From: Actinomycetota bacterium
GTDB taxonomy: Bacteria; Actinomycetota; Acidimicrobiia; Acidimicrobiales; VFJN01
NCBI GenBank assembly: GCA_046744265.1
Contig: JBKPAS010000116.1
Span: 1-24,129 of the forward strand
Direction: 5' to 3'
Length of the DNA: 24,129 bases
A program made the position numbers and the translations under genes. Below, one piece after another: positions 23,789 to 24,129 of the stretch. The notes beneath the pieces were generated by a model, which made no database searches, was not told where the DNA came from, and saw nothing but the letters and a program-made list of their open reading frames with translations. Each line of letters opens with the position of its first letter. Within the stretch, counting starts at the first letter, position 1.

Positions 23789-24129
23789 GTCGAAGAGCAC
23801 CGAGCGCAGCTGCTTGGTGGAGTTCACCGTGAACGCGCGGCCCGCCGCCTCCTGGATCTCGGCCTCGAGTCGCCGCACCTCCGACTCGAGCCCGTCGGCC
23901 AGCTCGCGCAGGTAGGCGACATCGACGCCAACGCCCACCTTCTCCATGCGCGCCAGGACGCCGATCAGCGGACGCTCGACGTCGTCGTAGAGCGCGCGCA
24001 GCCCGCGCGCATCCATCGCCTCGGCGAGCGCGGGCGCCAGCCGGGCCACCGCGAGCGCCCGGCGGCCGGCGTCGTCAGCCGGGTCGGCGCCCGTGCCGTC
24101 GAGGTCGAGCTGATCGGGGGGCGGCGCGT
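23777..24129 (-). other. polA: Inverted internal segment of polA (end of exo domain through the thumb region)
   Basis: Minus strand reads DAPPPDQLDLDG...LYDDVERPLIGVLARMEKVGVGVD.AYL...FTVNSTKQLRSVLFDELGL, the PolA sequence that should follow AEL on the plus strand. Confidence 0.9.

Noticed and set aside
22388-24049. 553-aa minus-strand ORF beginning with PolA-like sequence
   Set aside because: Only the first ~90 codons are PolA (the inverted segment); the rest is the antisense of the polA 5' half. It is not an independent gene.
1-24129. CRISPR array, rRNA, IS/transposase
   Set aside because: No regularly spaced repeats, rRNA-like sequence or transposase motifs were seen.

Overview
High-GC actinobacterial chromosome segment; gene content suggests an Acidimicrobiia-like host (inference). 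It is mostly housekeeping and stress genes: a Ski2-like DUF3516 helicase, a DGPF/YciI + ECF42-type sigma pair, an MDMPI-family enzyme, a small DevR/DosR-type locus (CoA-binding protein, two PNPOx-like proteins, DevR, tandem Dev boxes), a coupled kynA-kynU-yhhN operon, a DUF1778/GNAT toxin-antitoxin pair, a SAM methyltransferase, bcp, ECF sigma-ogt, tRNA-Leu(CAA), malQ, a ferric reductase/FMN-binding/ApbE flavinylation module, an ANTAR regulator and polA. Five things stand out. (1) polA switches strand at a 12-bp inverted-repeat microhomology near 23777-23788, which is either an intragenic inversion or a fold-back chimera. (2) A LexA-box-controlled, leaderless, internally deleted LAGLIDADG-like gene converges on tRNA-Leu. 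(3) Several gene remnants are colinear blocks with internal deletions. (4) Three very small membrane-peptide ORFs and a uORF are not called as separate ORFs in the supplied track. (5) An ECF sigma is translationally coupled to an N-terminally extended Ogt. All family assignments come from recognising motifs by eye; no database searches were run.
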